Below are positions 12,765-25,436 of a stretch of 64,000 nt of DNA, one piece after another. How positions within the stretch are numbered: the first letter of the stretch is position 1; each line of letters begins with the position of its first letter. The stretch is from Vicugna vicugna (lineage: Eukaryota): the NCBI GenBank assembly GCA_013265495.1, contig MU057989.1, positions 821,513-885,512 on the forward strand, written 5' to 3'. Under the pieces are notes generated by a model. That model ran no database searches, had not been told where the DNA came from, and was given only the letters and a program-made list of their open reading frames with translations. Both the position numbers and the translations under genes were made by a program.

Positions 12765-13504
12765 TGTGATTACCACAACTTTTAAAATAATCTCTTCTCC
12801 CCTCCCAAACTACTCTACACACAGTAGCAAGGCCATGCTTTGGAATCTTCTAGATAATGTCACCACCTGATTTCACAGCCTGTAAAAACATACTACTGTT
12901 CAAGAGCAGTGAAAGCTGTGAAGCGACACTCACCCCTAAACTCAAATGACTGCTTGAACCATCAACAACAGAGAGAATTTCGACTTGAGGAAGAACCTCT
13001 GAAAGCTGTTCAGCTGCCAGTAGCCCAGCCTGAAGAGGATTCTCTGAGCACAAACTCCCTTCCGCCGACCCTGGCAGGCGTGGCTCCTGTGCTCCGAGGG
13101 CCCAGAGCAGGCACCGCGGCCTCCCCACCCACCCAGTAGTGCTCCTGCCCCAAGATGGGCTTGATACTCTCTTTTCAAGCATTCAGAAATGTTTCTTTTC
13201 CCACCTACAAGGTTTTCTTTGGAGATTCTTCCTCAGAACAATATCTTCTCTTATCATCCAAAAAAAAAAAAAAGTTAACTCCTACTTCTGATCTCCCTGG
13301 AGAGCTTTCCTATGATCTCCAAAACCTTCACATGCAACAAATATTCATATGTCAATGGACATGAACTCCGCTCAACAGCAAAAAGGAATGGGAGGAATAA
13401 GAGAAGGAGCTACAAAGAACTACAGAGGGAAGAAAACAAACCAATAAACTGTGTGGCTGTTGAGTGTTAAACCAAAACATGAATTCACAACAGTAGTTAA
13501 ATAC

Positions 13505-13549
13505 CTTGAGAAACCTGCATGCGATTCACTGGCAGGGACATGGGCCCAT
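13505..13549 (-). CDS. CREBBP: CREBBP exon 11 (45 nt), NGPMSLPVNRMQVSQ
   Basis: Acceptor gttttag|ATGGG, donor CAAG|gtattt; bridges exons 10 and 12 in frame (phase 1-1). Confidence 0.93.
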
Positions 13550-13854
13550 CTAAAACAGCAGGAAAAAAAATGGGTTATTTAAAATAATCCTTCAAATTTA
13601 AACAGAAAACCAGTCCACACAGGTCCAAAAGCACTGTGCATTCTGATGCCAGCACACCCTTAAAGGGCCTTTGCAGGAGGGAGACTCAATGGCTAAACCA
13701 CAGGCCACTGGAGAAGGTCATGGTCATTACCATACAGTTTCCAAAGTGCAGGCTTCCTGAGAATGTAATTCTTCATGCTTAGAAATACACCCCAAACACA
13801 GAAGGAAAAACAAGGAAACAGACTAAGGGCTAGTAAAGGAAATGAATTCCTTAC

Positions 13855-14026
13855 TCGGAGGTCTCACAGGTTGTGCCTGTGGTATCCCAGGGGGCTGCGT
13901 CCCGGGGGCTGGTAAGGCTGGCTGGTTACCCAAGATGCCTTGTTTGTGTAAACGCGACCTCCGTTTTTCCTCTAGTTCCTTTTGTATCTTGTAGATTTTC
14001 TCTGCTAATAAGTGATAGTATTCATC
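13855..14026 (-). CDS. CREBBP: CREBBP exon 10 (172 nt), end of KIX (DEYYHLLAEKIYKIQKELEEKRRSRLHKQ...QPVRPP)
   Basis: Acceptor ttttag|GAT, donor CCGA|gtaagg; translated by hand. Confidence 0.96.
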
Positions 14027-14542
14027 CTAAAAAACAGTTAACATTCAATACTAGTTATTTGTTAAAAACAAACAAATGATGTTTTTGTATGTTCTAACAA
14101 ACTAATGAACTTTTTAATTAAGTACATTTAATTAAGTACATTCAGCACTTCTAACTGATAAATCCATACCCAGTGATGTTAACAGGACTTATCACACAGT
14201 AGGCACTAAGTGCTCATTACAGTTCATTCCACAGTTGAACCTCTTCACTGACGCTGACAGTAACAGACTACAAGCACAGAAAACAAGGCCCATTATAGAC
14301 TATACCCATGGATGAAACACAATTCCATATACCTCATTTACTGCTGTTGTGGAGACATTTGTAATAAGCCGAGAGAGCTGTGAAGGGGCCTCATGTCTTA
14401 ACTGGGAAGTCTCCCTGGTCAGTGCCCTCAAGTGACGAGTCTACCAGACTAATACATACCCCCCTTCCCAGACAATAAGCCAGACAGGCGCAGTGGCAGC
14501 TCCCACAGGTGCTGCACGGGCAGGAACACAGGTGGCACCTAC

Positions 14543-14660
14543 CCTGCTGTTGGCAGACTCATACATGTCCCCTTCCACTTTCTTGGCATAGGCCACCAGG
14601 TTCTCCATGCGCCGGTCCTTCAGGGCTGCGGGGTCAGGTGTCGGGAAGATGGCTTGGACA
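14543..14660 (-). CDS. CREBBP: CREBBP exon 9 (118 nt), KIX ([39 protein letters not shown])
   Basis: Acceptor tttcag|T, donor AGG|gtaggt; overlaps ORF 14441..14677. Confidence 0.97.
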
Positions 14661-15499
14661 CTGAAAGGACAATGCACCCTCTCAATTTACTTTCAAAACA
14701 ACATCAATATCCTGCCATTTTGTACGTTACACGGAAAGAAACGAAACAGAACCATCTACCTCTAGGGACGACACCTTGTTGAGAGAACCCCCAAATCTCT
14801 TTCTCCTAGTTTACGATTACACAAATGAAGCCACTCTAGAGACAATACTGACCTGCCAATTTATCTCCAAGTCAAACATACCAATATTTTGCTATTAACA
14901 AAAGCTGCCAGATCATTTAAAGAACTTCTAGTATTAAACTATTTCTTATAAAAATTTTGATTAAAATAGTGGTGGTGGGGGGAACCCCTAAGGGAACTGA
15001 GTTGATTAACCACACCTTCAATTCAGCTTAACTAGCCAGAGAAAGTTAACTACTAACTTCCTGTATGTTAAGTGACTGTATGATGGTATTGTCATGCTGT
15101 CTGCATTCATGAGGCCCAAATCCTGCCAATTCTCATGGTCTCCACAACTATAATTTTGAGCCATTAAATAATGCAAGGCTTCTGAGCTAATCCCAGCTCC
15201 CAAAGTGTATCCCAGAGTTCCGAAAACAGGTCTGGTCCTTTGAGACATGGTTCATGCTCCTCTGCAGGGCAGAGCCACAGATGCTCTGGTGCCACCCACC
15301 AGGGATACAGGGTCTAGGATTCTATGGCCTCCCTAAACAAGCATGTAACATGCATTAGCTGTTAGGGTACTGTCACCTGGGGCCCAGGACACCACTTAGG
15401 AAGTAAATCAGACACTGATGAACCTGTAAAACTGTCACATAGCCATTAGCCACAAAATGTTTACATCACGTGTGAATGATGGGTGAGGTGGCCACATAC

Positions 15500-15646
15500 A
15501 GTTTATGCACCAGATGGCTCCGCAGGTCCTGAGTGACATGTTCGTGCCAGCCTTTCCTAACACCAGTGCTGGAAGGAGGTGCTGCTGTCGATATAGTGCT
15601 GAGGGTGCCAATGTTGCCCGAGTTGGAGCCGTCATTCATCAGTGGG
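15500..15646 (-). CDS. CREBBP: CREBBP exon 8 (147 nt), start of KIX domain (GVRKGWHEHVTQDLRSHLVHK)
   Basis: Acceptor ccctcag|C, donor AACT|gtatgt; overlaps ORF 15466..15708. Confidence 0.97.
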
Positions 15647-15876
15647 CTGAGGGAAGGATAAGAACACTTCATCCAGCCGCTGAAGTGGCTCAGATGCACT
15701 TCATCCAACTAAGGTTCTTCAACCATGTGTGACTTTAAACTTTACTCTCTGTTCTACATTTATGATTTTGAAAAGAAAGGAAGAAAGAGAAACAGTACCC
15801 ACCCGCCCTGTTTAAACTACTTTCTCTGCCACACATTTAGAAAGAATCAAGAGTTTCGTGTGAGTCCCAGTCCACT

Positions 15877-15949
15877 TTTTTTTTTAAGCTATGTTTTTAT
15901 TGAAGTATAGTCAGTTTACAATGTTGTGTCAATTCCTGGTGTACAGCAC
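15877..15949 (-). mobile_element. Ultra-short L1 3' tail insertion (73 bp)
   Basis: Poly-T plus ttgaagtatagtcagtttacaatgttgtgtcaattcctggtgtacagca; perfect TSD cccagtccact at 15866-15876 and 15950-15960. Confidence 0.85.
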
Positions 15950-16010
15950 CCCAGTCCACTGTCAGTGCTAGTTTCACTCAGACAAGAGCCAAATGGAACA
16001 TGGGTCTTAC

Positions 16011-16113
16011 TTTGTGGCCCCGAGGGAAGTTGGAAGAGCTGATTCTGAAATCAAGTTTGGTGGTTGCTGATCTGTTGTGATTCCTCCTGCTGGAATGTTC
16101 ATTGGGTTATTTC
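16011..16113 (-). CDS. CREBBP: CREBBP exon 7 (103 nt), NNPMNIPAGGITTDQQPPNLISESALPTSLGAT
   Basis: Acceptor tttaaag|GA, donor CAAA|gtaaga. Confidence 0.95.
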
Positions 16114-16410
16114 CTTTAAAGACAGAAAAAAAAAAAATCAACCAACTCCTAATTTATAACATACATTTTAAAGTCCTGATAACAGATAAACAAATCACAT
16201 ATAAATAAGTGATTCTTAGGAGTTACAATATTAACACTATAGCAGGAACTCTGGGAGTTATATTTTCAGTAACAGTGATCGATGTATAAATTCAGTTGCA
16301 GGCTCTTTCCCATTGTACTTTATAACCCAAATAGGGCATTTTTATGGAGACATAAGCACTCCATGGCTGTGGAAAAAAATCAGAAATGATCCATCAGCAA
16401 CTTAAGATTT

Positions 16411-16543
16411 AAAAAAAAATTTTTTATTTTTAGGTGGGAGGTAATTAGGTTTATTTATTTATTTTTGGAGGAGGCACTGGGGATTGAACCCAGGACCCTG
16501 TGTATGCTAAGCACGTCCTCTACCACTGAGCTCTACCCTCCCT
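16411..16543 (-). mobile_element. tRNA-derived SINE (Vic-1-like)
   Basis: Same family as the other copies; TSD gcaacttaagat (16397) / gcaacttcagat (16547). Confidence 0.87.
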
Positions 16544-17653
16544 GCTGCAACTTCAGATCTTGATTCTGGCTTCATTAATATCATGCCCTAAACAAGTAAG
16601 CTGACTTGTCACATATATTTGCGTCATCTTTTGTTTTGGGGGGGTTTTGGTTTTTGGGGGGCATTATCAGAAAATAAAATCATAGAAATTAAGTGCAGGT
16701 GAAAACATAAAAGGTCAATTTGTCTAGTCTTCATTTTAAAGTAAGAAAAAGTTGGAACACAGAGAGGTTAACAGTCTTGTCCCAGATTCTACCATCAATA
16801 GAAGTGGAGTCAGATTAAAACTCAAGTTTCAGGACTCCAACCCAGTCTCCTAGCCAGCAGGAGTCAGAGATACATGAAGGCAATTGCTTTCCAAAAAGGA
16901 ACAAATGTGATGTCTTTAATTGGTCATTTTTAAGAGTCATTTTTAAGGTTAAAATACTCTACTAGGGAGAGAACAAAATTAGTATAACAGCCTTGACTTG
17001 ACTTGACTGATGTAACTGCCTGGCCTAAGCCTAAGCTTAAAAGGACTATGTCAATTTAAAGAAAAATATTAAGAAAACAATATGCAGAGATGACAAAAAT
17101 TGAGGAGATATATGTGCAAATGACCAAACACTGGCAATCAATGGGTTAAGATAACACTAGGAAATACTAATTTATAGAGAAGTCTAAGACAAGAGAGATT
17201 CTGAGACTCCTGTTAACCTGCCCATGTCCAGGCCAGTCACTTCCAGCCATGAGGTAGCCCATAACCAAGATGTGCTAGCAACTGCAGCCCACCCTCAAGT
17301 TCTCCAACAAACAAATGGTACAATGACTATTCTAACTTGTGAGATTTTGCAATCTGAGCCATATGAAATGCCATTTATGGAAACTGTCCACAGAGAAATG
17401 ACCAAAAAGTTGATTCATTTGCAAATACTATTCATCTTAAAAGCCTCTAACATCTTCCATGCACCCAACATTTTAGCCTTTTCCTGGAAGTTTTTAATTT
17501 CACATTTAAAGGATACTATCACCGTGGTATATGCATATATTAATTTGAATTTAAAGTAAAGACAATAACTGAAACAGCCTTGGGTTCCAGGAAGACTTGC
17601 CATTCCCAGTGCTGCATTTGGACAAAGAAATTCCCGAGAGTTCCTTCACCTAC

Positions 17654-17896
17654 CCAGGGGGTTCAGAGTCCTCATCTGCTGGTGAGTTTGAGGCTGTGCT
17701 GGTTGCTGGCCAGGAACCTGAGGCTGCAGCTGGGTCTGAGGCTGGTTCAGGTAGGGGAGTCCAAGAGCAGCATACGCTCGTTGCATGGAGCTGGGGTCTA
17801 TGGGATTTGGGTTACTTAAAGAAGTGGCATTCTGTTGGCCTGTGCCAACAGAACCAATTGTGTTTTGAATTCCACTAGCTGGCGACCCCAGGATGG
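17654..17896 (-). CDS. CREBBP: CREBBP exon 6 (243 nt), ILGSPASGIQN...DPSSMQRAYAALGLPY...MRTLNPL
   Basis: Acceptor ttgtag|CCATC, donor CTGG|gtaggt; translated by hand. Confidence 0.96.
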
Positions 17897-20259
17897 CTAC
17901 AACAACAAACAGACAAACAAGAAAGTTAAGTAAAAGGGAGAAGTCAAGAATGGTTTAAAAACTACTGAAAAGCAAGTAAAATTTTATCAGAAGACCACCT
18001 ATATATGTCATGAATGCTGGAACAAGGCTACCAAGAAAGGAGATGTGCAGAGAGAAGGCTCCTATTCTATTCATCTAATCTTCACGGCAGTAGCTGAGGA
18101 GCAAAAAGCTAAAGAAAATTCAAGCTTCTGTGTTAGAAAGTAACGGACGAAATCAGCAATCACTTCATCAAAATTAGTGTGCATTATACTACAGCCTCGT
18201 AAGAAGTCAGCTCTGGAGGAATGGCAAACATATGACAACAGAAAGCCTGTGATTCTTTGGGGGTCATCAGCCACCTCCGAGATGAGCTAAGGAGCCCCCG
18301 GTCCTTCACTGCTCACCGGCACAGGTACAGAAGGCCTAACAGAAGGAGCAGAGGCAATACCCAGTTGGGTCAGTTTTGTTACTAATTAATAACTCAATTA
18401 AGATCTATGACATGATCTCCCAAATGACAAAACTGAACTTCCTTGAAATCTTCGGTATTCAGTGACCATGTAACTTACAGTTTTCTTTCCTATGAATTTC
18501 CTATGCAGGAGGGTGCCATGCTGAGCTCTGCCACGTAAAGCTGTTCAAGAAATACTGTAATTGACGGAGTGACTGGTCAAGCTGATGGATCGAGGCTTGG
18601 CAACTGTGCATGGATATTCGTTCATCCAGGCGCCACCTCAGCACCACTGATAATCAGAGCTGACTCCCCCGGCCCAGCCTGCGGTGAGCATGCGGGGTGT
18701 TCCCTCTAGCTACCCTACCTTCCAGGCTAATCCCAGAAGACTAAAGAAAGTCTATGGCAACATAAAGAGCCCCATTCCCAAAGGCTTCAAAGTTAAAAGA
18801 GATGACTCCAAACTTCCATGTGTCCATCTGTCTATCCATCCAAATGTCCTTATTTGGCAAGCACTCACCAGATGGCAGAAGTTTTACATCATACCACTTA
18901 TTCCTGAGTTCCTCTCTTTCCACTTTCCTCAAACTTTACAGTCATGTCATAAATAGCAGCTTATAAAACTGATATGGAACCATGATCTTTGACACATAAA
19001 ACACTATCACAAAGCCTTTCTTTAAAATTCGTACTATTATATGTAATAGCAGTATTCTTACATTATCATAAGTGCACTATGACCTAAACAACTCAAATAC
19101 TTATCAGAGAAAATTAAACTGAAATGTGTAAAAAAAACCTTGATAATTACACATTTCATTCTATTAACTTTTCTAATAAGGATATTCAGATCTCAAACTC
19201 ATTAATGCTCATTAGACACAATTACACACACCAAGCACCTCATTATTATAAATGAAAAGCAATTCCCAAGGTATACTTTATGACAAGTGTGTAGCTAAAA
19301 TAACTCATGTATAATACCTTTAAAAGTATTTTTTTTCCTAATAGGTAAAACTGTCCCCAAAACTTAAACACATGCTATTATACTCCTAAAACTGACATGC
19401 TTAATTTTCCAGAAGAACTATGATATGTGAAGTTCTAATGGTAGGTTTACTTTTCTGTCACCTTGCGGTACAAGAAAGAACAGGCCCAGACTACGCTGGA
19501 TATACAGAATGATCCACTGTGGAGAGGAATTTAAAGAAACAAGGTCTAGGCGGCCTTCCGTTTCTGTGTGAAGAGGTAATAGCTAGCTGTGCTTTAACGA
19601 CGACTTCTTCCTACTATAATCCGCTGCAACTACACTTCCCCAAATGCCATCCTTCTAGCCAAAACTCTCCACCCTAGGATGAATGCCATTCCCAAGCCCA
19701 AGGCTACTTATGGGGCAGCCAGCACTTCCCAGGGAAGCTGCTGACATGGTCAGAGTATTTTGTGTTTGTGTTAAAAGCATTTATTTCCTAAATGTAAACA
19801 TTAGCATATTTTATTTTAAAAGAAATCATACCTATCTAAAGACAAGTAGCCATTTGGTACTTGACATTCCTAACAATTTGGAAATAAGGAAAACAAAATA
19901 CAAACGAAAAAAAGGTCTCTGACATTTAGGCATGGCCCAACTTACGTCCAAATCTACTGCGGATAACACAAATACTTCGGAGTGAGGGGACGGGTGCGTT
20001 TCCTACGCGGTTGATGGCTGACTGAAAGGGGAGTTACGAGGTAAACGCAACCGTAACTCTACCTCTCCATCAACCCTCGGGCACCAGTCACTGTCCCCTA
20101 AATTCCCACAGTGCCTACTGGTCTTGGCTCCTCTTTGGGCCGTTGGTTACCCTCCCTCACTCCCTCTGCTGGGCTCCAGGATACAGTGTGAGCACAAAGT
20201 CTGCACACATGGAGCACAGGGTCTTCTAGAAGAGCAACAAATGTCCCTAATCATCACCT

Positions 20260-20530
20260 AACGACGGGGGCCTGCAGCTCCGGACCCTGTGCTGGAGACA
20301 GCCGCGCCCATCTCTCTCCCTGCACACCCCCTGAAGGCGGGCGGACGTGTGACTCCTCTACATTCTCCCAGCGAGGTGCCCAGCCCATGGGAGCAGCCGC
20401 CGCCAGCAGCGCGCCTGGCATCCTGCGCGCCCGCCTGGCGCCGCCGCACTGAGGCCTTGGAGACTGAACAAGACATAAAGGAGCGCTAAAAGCAGCAGCA
20501 TTTTGTTCAGCCGGTATCACTGAGCATGCG
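20260..20530. promoter_or_regulatory. Small intragenic CpG-rich patch in intron 5 (candidate enhancer or promoter)
   Basis: About 22 CpGs in about 270 bp by manual count, against a CpG-depleted background; no repeat recognised. Confidence 0.45.
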
Positions 20531-21957
20531 GTCTTCTAAGTCAATCACTTTTACACATTATTGATGTTTACTTCTTTAAATGTCAAAAGCTCCTGTTCTT
20601 TTGGCCATGTTTATATCTTGTTTCCTCTCTTGGAGCTTAATGCTATGCTTCATGAACAATCAGTCCTTAAGCTATGGGTGTCACACAGTGTCCCCAAACG
20701 TCTCAGTAAAGTGTGGGCTCCTTTCCCCGGAGCACCAGCTGGGCACTCCTGCTCTCAGCACGTCTTCAAAGCACCCCCAACCCTCCAGTGCCTCACCCTT
20801 CCCTTCTGTTGCAGCCAAATCAGGAGCCCATGACCCAGAATATAAAAGGCCGAGTTTTACAGTGGGCTCTGTCCAGGACTCGCCCATCACTTTTCAAGGC
20901 AGTCCTTCCCCAGTGGGCACAAAGACTGTCCTACTAAGAAGTTCCATGTATAATACACGTTGCTAACTTGCAATATTCAACTCACCAGAAACTCAGTAAA
21001 ATTGTACTCAATATAGAAATCCAATGAAAGCAGACACACTGAATCCCAGAGCTTTGTCAGATGGTGGGAGACATACCATGAAGCAGTCAAAGCAGCTACT
21101 ATCTAAGATTTCTACTGAGAAAGTCAGGCTGGAATTGACTCAGACCTGCAAATGTCTCTGCAGGGCTGCTCCCACAGCACATGGCTCCGCATACGCTGTG
21201 CACCAGGAGTGCCCTCTTTTCCAGCATCTTCATGTGCACAGTACAGGGCAAGAGAGCAAAGGGGAACAGCCAGGCCTCAGTGCCAGGCCTCCCATCACAG
21301 CCGTCAGCAAGCCAGAATGCACACTCTTCAGGGCGTTTTCCTCAGAAGCCAAATGACTCAGAATGGCAACACCGTTATCACCCAGAAGAGCAAGGACAAA
21401 GCCATTTCAATGAAGAAGATCAACAGTGATTGTCTGGTACTTAAATCAGGACAAACAAGCTCAATGCTGTCCCTATGGCCGCTGAGATTCCACTGCCCCT
21501 CTGTTCCGGCCCCAACACGGGCTGTCAGGAGAGGTGTCTGAGAGTCTGAAGAGCCCTCAGGCGAGTCGAGCTCCTGTTCAACAAGCGCCCACTAAGCGCC
21601 CAGCAGGCGTCCTGAGTGCAAGTTTTGAGGCGGTAGATCTGGACTCAATATCATGAAGGAATGCATCTCAGTCAGAGGTGCCCAATACTGAAACACACAG
21701 TAGGACAGGCAGAGAGCGTTAAGCCAATAGAGGTATTCAAGCAATGGGTCTGAGGACTGCTGAGGCTCACGTGTGGCAGCCTGGGTCCAAGGCAGCTAGC
21801 TGTAGGCAGTGAGCAGGTCTGGTTTGGCTCTGACCATGTAGCATCTGTTTTCACAGTCCTTCTGGTCTGAGTTGGGAAACCCAGGGTTCCCTCAGAAAAT
21901 GACTTACACCTTCTCAAGAGCTCTGGAACAGACAGTCCACCCTTCAAGGCACCCAAA

Positions 21958-22120
21958 GCAGTGCGTCTCAGCTGTTAATGTGCATCCCAATCACCTGGGA
22001 ATCTGTGAAAATGCAGTCTAACAGCACAGAAGGTCTGGGACAGGATTCAAGTTTCTGCATTTCTAACAAGCATCCTGGGGGTGCCTATGAAGTTGGTTTG
22101 AGAACCACACTTTGAGTACC
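21958..22120. mobile_element. MER5-like hAT DNA element
   Basis: aatcacctggga, tctgcatttctaacaagc, gaaccacactttgagta. Confidence 0.65.
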
Positions 22121-22822
22121 AAAAATCGTACTGACGAGGCAACATGAGTTCAAATAGGGAATTCAGCCATGTGTTCACACAGTTCCCATTCCCCATGCCA
22201 TCCTGTGTATTGAAATTAACTGGGAGTCAGATGCGAGGACTGATATGAGATAAATACCTTTCAAAATCTTAATTATTCAATAAAATCTGATCACCTCTAC
22301 AAAGGATGGATAACTCAAGATCAGTGGTTACAGAATCTCTGGAAAACAACTCAAAGAAAAATCAAACAAATTCTCAATACAGGGCAAAAAAGTAACTGGA
22401 TTTCATTTCAATGACCACTGGGTAAGCTCCACAGGGGATTCTGGCAGGTTCTCTCAACAGACATATCAACGAGACAAGTTAAGACAATGAGACGTGTGCA
22501 TCGGGTGGGGTGAGCATCTGTGGGGAATCCTGCCTGGAAAGCACAGCCTCGGTGGGCACAGGTGGGTCTCCGACGGTCCCCAGGGGTCCCTGTCTCCCCG
22601 AATCACCTGGCTTGCACAGGGACCTTGAGTGCAGTCAGATGTGTGCCCTGCAGGCAGGCCAGCTGTGCAGCCACTGCTGGTGCTGTCTAAAATGCTCTTC
22701 CATTGTTACTTTATTAAAATTGGGCTTCACCAAGCCCCGCCCTCCAGCACAATCTGATACACCGTTCCAGGGATATCTATACTACTGACCTGTCTCTACC
22801 TCACTCCTGTGAGGTACAGGTA

Positions 22823-23008
22823 CAGCTGACCCTTAAACAACACAAGTCTGAACTGCACAGGTCCACTTATACATGGATTTTTTTCAATAGTAAATACTAT
22901 AGTAACACACTGCTCATGTTGGTTGAATCTGCAGATGTGGAATCGTGTAGAATTTTGTCTGTGCAGGGCAATGGCGCCTCAACCCCTGAGTTGTTCAAGG
23001 GTCAGCTG
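22823..23008. mobile_element. Tigger2-type Tc1/mariner MITE, complete (186 bp)
   Basis: Terminal inverted repeats cagctgacccttaaacaac / gttgttcaagggtcagctg match at 18 of 19 positions; TA target duplication on both sides. Confidence 0.85.
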
Positions 23009-25200
23009 TATATATTCTAACAGTGGAACTGACTTTAAGCTATCGGAGGGTCAGACCAATATTCCTCTCTATTGTTTAAGCTCAGTGTTCACACATGTTA
23101 AGCACAATTTGCTTTAGGAGAGGAGAAACAACAAAAAAAATTTACAGAAAATAAATTGCTAAAGCTTTCTCACTCATCAAATTCCTTTGTAGTCACAAAA
23201 CTATAGTGCTAAAGCCAAAGGAATACACTCAAGTGGAAACCTAATTTGAGAAGCATTAAAAAAAAAAAAGCTTTCATTTCTTTCATGAAAAATTGCCAAA
23301 ACTTGAACAAAGTTAATCTACATATTCTCTGTGACTCTGTATTATAAAATTACCCTGGTAACACCTTACATTATGACTAGAAGAAACACTGTGGTTTACC
23401 ACTTCTGAGAGCACGCACTGGATCAATTGTTACAAGTCAGGCAGTTATAAGGATGTTAAAAAAAAAAAAAAAAACCACATTCAATGCTTTTCTTTTTTTA
23501 AACAAAAACCACACAAAGTGTTTCTTAAAAAGTGAAATCACAAAAGTTTACAATTGCTATGGCAATACATATTAAAAACCAAAAGATTCCAGAAGAGCCA
23601 CCCCCCCCAAATTACAAGTTAAAAAATCTCCTAAAATTCATTATTCATGAAATTAATACTGTGTAACCACAAACCCGACAATGAGTATTTTGGCACTTGA
23701 AGAGCCTATGACTGAAATACATTCTAAAACACAACAAATTATAACCATCACAACATACTTGTTAAAAAAAAGTTTTATACCAATAAAGAAGAAAACCAGA
23801 CTGTATTCCACTAGAACTACTGTCCCAAATATTTGGTTCTAGAAGATCTAGATTCCTAGAATTTCACTTTATATAAGAGATGACCTTGAAAATCATGTAT
23901 TAACTCAATTTTTGGTTAATCAAAGTATAATTTAACTGATTTAGGAAAGTGATTTTTAAAGGAAACTTAGTATAACTCCTGCAGGGAGGGAGGGAGGATG
24001 ACAGTGACCCTGGAACGTCTCTCTGGTGACGTGGACACTCCGCTGTGTGAGGGAGGGAGTTGGGCTTGTTGAGAGGAAGGCACTCAGGCTGCACAGTGCT
24101 CTGAGGAACAGTGTGCTTGTCCATCTTTCCTGGTGCCACTTGGAAACAACCAGAAAGAAAAGCAGCACACGTTCTCCAGGCAGCAGTGGGGTCTGGAGGA
24201 AGATGATCAAGAAGAATGAGAGTAATGAACACATAACCACAAACAGGGGAGGGTGGCAAGATGGAACAGACGAGATGGAGGAAGATGAAGACAGTGCTGG
24301 AGTCATGGGGAGCAGCTCCAGCCCTCGGGGCAACATGAGATCGAAGGGCACATCCTAAATGTCCACACTGAGGGACACACCCAAAGACCACAGTTTTCCC
24401 TCTGAAATGACAGGAGAGGACTGAAAACTGGGGAGAGATGCTCACCCATTCCCTGCTCTGATGCCTACAGGGAAGCCCCGGGAGCCACATGCAGGCCTCC
24501 TGAGCAGGGCACTGCCTAAGTGATCAGCTAAGGGTACACAGATCGACGTGAAAGATGACAAAACGATGGGAATGATCAGGATGCAGCCAGTCCTGTGGCA
24601 GAGACTCTCGATCTGGGCGGAATAAATTGTTAGTTATGCAACTAGGTCTGGGAACTACATCTCCAAGGAGGAAAACCTCCCAGATGTCTGCACGTGGAAT
24701 TTTATACCGACCCAGCCTGACTGACTCTTCTAGAACACAGAGTCCTCAAAACTTACTTTAGGATAATTTCAAAAGAAGTGTCCATTCTATTCACTCCTCA
24801 CCCCGAAGTCGCCACCATTACAGTGACATGACATTCAAATCTGTAGATACTGAATATCTCTCAAGAAATACGAAGAGTCCTCAAGTAGGCTCTTTGATCA
24901 AAGTGACTCTCCTCTTTTGCACTCACTGCTCTGCTGTGGACAATTCTAGTGTGGGGGCGGGGGAGGGGGTGGATTCCAAAACGACACGTCCACTGAGCAC
25001 GTTGAGAACCCGTCTACTTGCTAAGCTCAGCTTCACCCTCAGGTCCCTGCACGTCTCCACCTAGGTATCTCGGCTCCCACTGAACCACTAACTTTGTGGT
25101 TAGTAATTTCTGCCCTGCTTCCTACCTACTCTTCTGTAATCTCTTTAGAAATAGCTTATTTTCTCATCTCCAAGCTTCTCTACCCCCAACGCTCACTTAC

Positions 25201-25314
25201 TTTGTTGGTTTCGCTTGTCACTGGCATTTTTCAAAGGGAGGCAAACAGGACAGTCATGTCGTGTGCAGTTCTTCCAATGAGAGATGATTTGTCGTGAAGA
25301 TGCACAATGGGCAA
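25201..25314 (-). CDS. CREBBP: CREBBP exon 5 (114 nt), TAZ1 C-terminal part ([38 protein letters not shown])
   Basis: Acceptor tcatag|TTGCC, donor CAAA|gtaagt; not in the ORF track, translated by hand; phase 1-1. Confidence 0.96.
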
Positions 25315-25436
25315 CTATGACCAGAAAAACAACGAGATGTTATTTTTCTATCCAAATCGTCACACTTTCAATTACACCTAAATCATAATGCCAGCTTCCA
25401 TAAGAAAATGGTAACAAGTGTAACCATAGCACAGTG

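Noticed and set aside
23360..23475. Possible micro or poison exon in intron 5 (AAT|gtaagg donor with upstream AGs and a poly-U tract)
   Set aside because: The acceptor is ambiguous and there is no conservation or expression evidence; such motif combinations are common by chance.
23900..24490. 196-aa minus-strand ORF and overlapping ORFs in intron 5
   Set aside because: No recognisable homology or convincing exon boundaries; low-complexity purine/pyrimidine bias explains the lack of stops.
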